Origin: Methanococcus maripaludis
GTDB lineage: Archaea; AGJL01; Methanococci; Methanococcales; Methanococcaceae
Assembly (NCBI RefSeq): GCF_002945325.1
Contig: NZ_CP026606.1
Coordinates: 270,001 to 302,000 of the forward strand
Direction: 5' to 3'
Length of the DNA stretch: 32,000 nt
Part shown: in pieces, positions 27,845 to 32,000 of the stretch
Numbering within the stretch: the stretch's first letter is position 1
Layout of the letters: the number at the start of each line of letters is the position of its first letter
Program-made: the position numbers and the translations under genes
The notes under the pieces: model-generated
Told to the model about the DNA's origin: nothing
The model's input: the letters and a program-made list of their open reading frames with translations, nothing else
Databases searched by the model: none

Positions 27845-28765
27845 TTATTCCTTTTTTGATTTTAAATTTTCAAGGAACTTTATCTGTTCAGTAATAAATT
27901 TATTATACGGCGTTTTTATTCCAAATTCTTTTGCAATAGTCACAACTGCACCATTTAAAAAATCTATTTCTGTTATATTTCCTTTTGAAATATCCTGAAG
28001 CATTGAAGAATGGTGTGCAGCAGTATTTGGAAGCTGGAACTCTTTTAAATATTTTAAATATTCTTCTGACGTTTTCCAAGGCAGAATTACTCCTTTTTTG
28101 GAAGTTATCTCAAATATTTCAGATACAATATTTTTAATAATATTCCATGAGTGTTCATTTGAAAGTTCACCATATGGGACATTCATAACTGCTCCAAGCG
28201 GATTTAATGCACAGTTATAAATCGTTTTTGACCATATTGCCCCCTGAATATTTTCTGTTTCATTAACAGGTATTCCAGAACTTTTTATTAATTTTACAAA
28301 ATCAGTTACTTCTTTATCCGTTCCATTTGGGAATCTTCCAACGGTCATCGGGCCCCCTTCTACTGAAACGTGTACTTTTGCGTCCCCCTTCCATTCAAAA
28401 CCAGTTATAATAGTTCCGCCAATCACTTTATCTGTATATCTTAAAATTATTTCTTCGTTTCCAACACCATTTTGCATGCTGATAACATTTTTACCGTTTA
28501 TAACATCCTTAAATTGTTCGCATATTGATTTTGTTGCAAGTCCTTTTGAAGATATAATAATATAATCAAAATCGCGTTCTGGAACATTTTCAGAAGCTTC
28601 AAAGTTAAAAGTTCCTTCCCCCCAGATTCCAGTCATTTTAAAACCAGATTCGCGTATAATTTTTGCATTTCTCTCCCTTGTTACTGCAAAAACATCTGCT
28701 ACATTTGATAATTTAGCAGCTAGACATAATCCAACAGCACCTGCCCCAATAATTAAAACATTCAT
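27845..28765 (-). CDS. panE: 2-dehydropantoate 2-reductase (ketopantoate reductase, ApbA/PanE family)
   Basis: N-terminal Rossmann motif MNVLIIGAGAVG and C-terminal family motif SSMLQDISKGNITEIDFLNG. SD GAGGGT. Confidence 0.85.
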   Translation of the reverse strand: MNVLIIGAGAVGLCLAAKLSNVADVFAVTRERNAKIIRESGFKMTGIWGEGTFNFEASENVPERDFDYIIISSKGLATKSICEQFKDVINGKNVISMQNGVGNEEIILRYTDKVIGGTIITGFEWKGDAKVHVSVEGGPMTVGRFPNGTDKEVTDFVKLIKSSGIPVNETENIQGAIWSKTIYNCALNPLGAVMNVPYGELSNEHSWNIIKNIVSEIFEITSKKGVILPWKTSEEYLKYLKEFQLPNTAAHHSSMLQDISKGNITEIDFLNGAVVTIAKEFGIKTPYNKFITEQIKFLENLKSKKE

Positions 28766-28867
28766 TTAAAAACCCTCGTTTTCAAGTTAAACTAAATTTA
28801 ATTTAAATATCTGTAAAAATAGTATTAAAAGATTTAGATAACTAGTTAAAAATAAAAAATATTATTC

Positions 28868-29062
28868 TTATTTTAAAATTTCCTGAACTCTTCCAACCTG
28901 CCCATCTTCAAGCCTTACCTTTATTCCGTGTGGGTGATAGCTTGAATTTGTAAGAAGGTCTTTTACAATTCCAGTAGTTAATTTACCAGTTTTTTGGTCT
29001 TTTTTGAGGACTATGTTTACCTTCAATCCAGCTGTTATGTCGGACCTGTTTTTTCCATTCAT
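28868..29062 (-). CDS. YwbE-family small protein (DUF2196-like)
   Basis: The 64-aa sequence GLKVNIVLKKDQKTGKLTTGIVKDLLTNSSYHPHGIKVRLEDGQVGRVQEIL fits the YwbE family pattern. It lies 9 nt downstream of the EamA gene. Confidence 0.75.
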   Translation of the reverse strand: MNGKNRSDITAGLKVNIVLKKDQKTGKLTTGIVKDLLTNSSYHPHGIKVRLEDGQVGRVQEILK

Positions 29063-29071
29063 ATTATCACA

Positions 29072-29962
29072 TTATAAATTTATTTTTAATTTGCCACCAT
29101 TTTCAGAGATATAAACTCCAAATAACACCAAAACCGCCCCAATTATTGCATAAATATTTGGAATATTTTTTAAAATTATGGCATCTGTAATCATTGCAAC
29201 GATTGGGATAATATAAACCCCATTTGTTGTCGTACTTGCACCTGCAAGTCTTATTGCCATATTCCAGAATAAATAAGCTATTGCTGAACAAAAAATTGCA
29301 AGGTAAAGTAGTGAAAATGCAATGTATGGATTTAACAATATTGTAAACTCAAACATGCCGTTATATCCAAGTTCTATAATTGTAAATGGTATAAAGAATA
29401 CTGCACCAATTAACGTTATATCCCTTGTAACTTTTAAATCATCGTGTTTTTGAAGTTTTTGGATTACAAATGTGTAGAGTACCCAGGTACAAACTGCACC
29501 AAACATCAATATATCCCCGAGCGGATTTAACTCGAGTACAAATTTTCCATTTAATATCAAAATGAAGACTCCAAAAAGCCCAATTAAACTTCCGAAGTAC
29601 TTTATTTTGCTTGGAATTTTCTTTTCCACCATATCTGATACCATCAGATAAAATATAGGTACCGTTGCTGCAATTAATGATGCATTAGTTGCAGTAGTAT
29701 ACTTTAAAGCCACATTTTCGAATAAATAATATGAAGTAATCCCTAAAAAACCCGCTAACACAATGTATACAAAATCTTCTTTTGAATATTTCGTAAAATT
29801 TCTTATAAAGAAAATTAAAATTACGGCTGCAATTACAACGCGTATAAATCCTATTGTAATTGGTGGAATAAACTCTAAAATAATTTTTGTTGATACAAAT
29901 GAAATTCCCCAGAAAATTACGGTTAAAAACATTAACAAAATGCCCAAGGATCTGTCGTTCAT
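29072..29962 (-). CDS. EamA/DMT-superfamily transporter
   Basis: About 10 TM helices in two EamA-like halves (LLMFLTVIFWGISFVSTK...; ...AYLFWNMAIRLAGAS). I prefer ATG 29962 (after SD GGTGGA) to the track TTG 29977. Confidence 0.8.
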   Translation of the reverse strand: MNDRSLGILLMFLTVIFWGISFVSTKIILEFIPPITIGFIRVVIAAVILIFFIRNFTKYSKEDFVYIVLAGFLGITSYYLFENVALKYTTATNASLIAATVPIFYLMVSDMVEKKIPSKIKYFGSLIGLFGVFILILNGKFVLELNPLGDILMFGAVCTWVLYTFVIQKLQKHDDLKVTRDITLIGAVFFIPFTIIELGYNGMFEFTILLNPYIAFSLLYLAIFCSAIAYLFWNMAIRLAGASTTTNGVYIIPIVAMITDAIILKNIPNIYAIIGAVLVLFGVYISENGGKLKINL

Positions 29963-30047
29963 AATTCCACCAGACAATAATGGATAAATAAGGGTAAACT
30001 TTAAAAAACAGAAGATTACTTAAAAATTAAAAAATTAAAAAGAGGAA

Positions 30048-30737
30048 TTATTCTTGTGTTTCAGCAGCAGCAGCAGCAGCAGCTTCTACTACTTCCTCAG
30101 CAGCAGCTTCTTCCACAGGTGCTTCAGCAGCTTTTCCAAATTCTATAACTTCGGATTTGAAGATTTCTACTCTTTTTAATGGGAACATTTTTTTACAGTC
30201 GCCGTAGATTTTTGAACCTAATCCGCCCATTAACATAGCGTGTACGAATTCAGCAAATGGAGTTTCTTTTGCCATGTCTTTGATTATTTGTTCCATTCTA
30301 ACTCTAATTTCTGTTTTGTGGTGGTCTCTTGCTCTTACAGCTGTTAAAACTAATGCTTTAACTCTTACTTTGAAACCATCTTTTGTTCTTACTTCAACGA
30401 TTGCGTTGATTTTGCTTCTTCTTCTTCTTCTAACTTGTGATTTTAAGTATTCTCTTGTTGTGTCGTGACCTACAAACTGTGATGTAGCGTTGTTTCCACT
30501 TACGCCATCAACTTTGAAATACATTCTTGTCATGTGTTTTGAATGTTCGTTTGTCAAGTCTCTTAAGCTGATTTCTGAAATCCTGCCGATCAAGTTTGCA
30601 GGGTCGTTTGCTGGAGTTTGTCCAATTACGTCTCCACCGAATGATTGTGGTGTGTAAATATCATACCATACTTTGGATTTCCATGTATCTTTGGCCACTC
30701 TTTTTCCTTTAGCGGACCTAGCTTTCATTCTTGCCAT
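30048..30737 (-). CDS. rps3ae: 30S ribosomal protein S3Ae (eS1) with an Ala/Glu-rich C-terminal tail
   Basis: The N-terminus KGKRVAKDTWKSKVWYDIYTPQSFGG and the body match the eS1/S3Ae family. The C-terminus reads AAEAPVEEAAAEEVVEAAAAAAAETQE. Confidence 0.92.
   Translation of the reverse strand: MARMKARSAKGKRVAKDTWKSKVWYDIYTPQSFGGDVIGQTPANDPANLIGRISEISLRDLTNEHSKHMTRMYFKVDGVSGNNATSQFVGHDTTREYLKSQVRRRRRSKINAIVEVRTKDGFKVRVKALVLTAVRARDHHKTEIRVRMEQIIKDMAKETPFAEFVHAMLMGGLGSKIYGDCKKMFPLKRVEIFKSEVIEFGKAAEAPVEEAAAEEVVEAAAAAAAETQE
30062..30082 (-). repeat. Trinucleotide repeat, (CAG)7 on the plus strand, encoding Ala7 inside rps3ae
   Basis: Seven perfect tandem triplets, read directly. They translate to the AAAAAAA run in the S3Ae tail. 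Confidence 0.95.
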
Positions 30738-30749
30738 TGTTACACCTCA

Positions 30750-31358
30750 TTATAACATATATTCGGTTAAATCTGTGTAATCTCTAAGTGGTTTTACAGG
30801 TTCACCGTATATTCTTTTGATTTTACGGGCTAATTCCCTTGAAAAATTTCCTTTTTCTGTTTTTATCTGTTTTATTCTGAAGAAATCTCGTCCTGCACGA
30901 TATATCTTCTTTTCTTCGAATACATAATCTTGTGGAACAAGTATATTGAATGAATATGTACTTTCTCTCGAATTTATAGATATGCCAACTTTTTTAGGAA
31001 CATCTATTGATCTTGCCCATATCATCTTTAAATCTTGTGCAGCGGATGAAGAAACTCTTCTTGAATCTTCAGTTTCTAAAGCAGTAATTTCAACAGATTC
31101 GTCAAACGCCAAGATTACATCTTCAACTTTCAAAATCTCATCTGTCGCAATTTGAAGTACAGATTGTTCTGATTCGTCGTATCTGCTTATCACTATTTTA
31201 ATATCTTTTAATTTGAAATTTTTTTCTATATCGTGTACAGTTCCACATTCCTGACACTTTACAGTAATTTTCAAATGTTTTTTCGATTCTTTTTCTTTTA
31301 ATACAGTGTGGAGAGTTACTTCATCGCAACCCGGGCATTCGAGATACAAATCTTCCAT
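30750..31358 (-). CDS. Uncharacterised archaeal Zn-ribbon protein (COG1326-like, 202 aa)
   Basis: N-terminal CPGC-x22-CQEC zinc-ribbon (MEDLYLECPGCDEVTLHTVLKEKESKKHLKITVKCQECGTVHD). It is packed between rps2 (29-nt gap) and rps3ae (12-nt gap) on the same strand. Confidence 0.75.
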   Translation of the reverse strand: MEDLYLECPGCDEVTLHTVLKEKESKKHLKITVKCQECGTVHDIEKNFKLKDIKIVISRYDESEQSVLQIATDEILKVEDVILAFDESVEITALETEDSRRVSSSAAQDLKMIWARSIDVPKKVGISINSRESTYSFNILVPQDYVFEEKKIYRAGRDFFRIKQIKTEKGNFSRELARKIKRIYGEPVKPLRDYTDLTEYML

Positions 31359-31387
31359 TTAAACCACATAAATCTTTTTAAGAAGAA

Positions 31388-32000
31388 TTATCTTCTTCTT
31401 CTATGGAACCTTCCTCTTTGTCTGTTTGAAGGGTTCATTTTTACTTTAACATTCATTGCTTTTTCGAGGAACTGGTCGTATGAGAATGGAGCTTCTTCAC
31501 CAATAAGTCCTCTGTTTTTCATGTATTCTCTTGCAATAAGGTAGTACATTAATGATACTGATTTTCTACCTTTGTTGTTCGTAGGGATGATGAAATCGAT
31601 GTGTGCTGTTAAGTGTTCTGTATCACACATACCAATAACAGGGATTCCGATTTCGATTGCTTCTTTTAATGCTTGTTTGTCAACCCTAGGGTCGCTCAAA
31701 AATAAAACTTCTGGTTCAGCGAATTTTCTAGCTGAAGGGTTTGTTAATGTACCTGGAACGAACCTTCCAGCTACCGTGTTTATTCCTGTAACTTTTCCGA
31801 ATTCTTTTAAAGGACCTACTGAGTAAACTCTTCTTGTAACAGCCATGATGTCTTCAGGCTCATAGTTTGATAAGAATTTAGCAGCGAGTCTTAACCTTTC
31901 ATCAGTCTTTCTAACGTCTAAAACATATAATCCGTCAGCCCTAACCCTGTAGATAAATCTTCTCATATCTTCAGTTTTTTGCTGAGTACCGATGTGTATC
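31388..32000 (-). CDS. rps2: 30S ribosomal protein S2 (uS2); N-terminus runs off the window
   Basis: The frame stays open upstream of the track Met (...[43 protein letters not shown]), matching the uS2/SA family. The basic C-terminal tail reads [11 protein letters not shown]. Confidence 0.92.
   Translation of the reverse strand, partial: IHIGTQQKTEDMRRFIYRVRADGLYVLDVRKTDERLRLAAKFLSNYEPEDIMAVTRRVYSVGPLKEFGKVTGINTVAGRFVPGTLTNPSARKFAEPEVLFLSDPRVDKQALKEAIEIGIPVIGMCDTEHLTAHIDFIIPTNNKGRKSVSLMYYLIAREYMKNRGLIGEEAPFSYDQFLEKAMNVKVKMNPSNRQRGRFHRRRR

Noticed and set aside
30274-30468. 64-aa plus ORF with a Leu run
   Set aside because: It is antisense to rps3ae. The Leu run simply mirrors the Arg/Lys codons (RRRRRSK) of S3Ae.

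Overview
AT-rich archaeal chromosomal segment (about one-third GC by eye). It is almost certainly a Methanococcus, most like M. maripaludis. Evidence: O-phosphoseryl-tRNA synthetase, aCPSF1/FttA, ADH synthase (aroA'), GGTGAT-type Shine-Dalgarno sites, TTTATATA promoters and oligo-T terminators. From memory, the gene order matches the published M. maripaludis S2 stretch containing upp, aroA', sepS and aCPSF1; I cannot verify this here. I call 31 protein-coding genes: three aminoacyl-tRNA synthetases (LeuRS partial, ProRS, SepRS), proteasome beta, aCPSF1, tpiA, aroA', a METTL5-like methyltransferase, Hsp20, FtsY, two NCS2 nucleobase permeases plus upp, an NhaC antiporter, panE, and ribosomal proteins S3Ae and S2 (partial). 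I saw no rRNA, tRNA, CRISPR array, transposase, integrase or recognisable defence genes, so this is mostly core genome. Points worth a second look: (1) tpiA has no in-frame ATG/GTG/TTG upstream of its catalytic N-terminus and seems to start at ATT. (2) A co-oriented four-gene cluster (7257-10483) encodes two tandem paralogous exported proteins with a CWB2-like module, an exported 4-Cys protein and a NapH-like membrane polyferredoxin. (3) A roughly 400-bp ORF-free spacer upstream of aroA' carries its own TATA-like box and a T7 tract. (4) An orphan solute-binding lipoprotein gene sits between sepS and tpiA. (5) A membrane-protein/XRE operon has paired ACATnATGT palindromes. (6) Uncharacterised genes include a DUF815 AAA+ ATPase and a Zn-ribbon protein between r-protein genes. 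None is demonstrably a new system from sequence alone.
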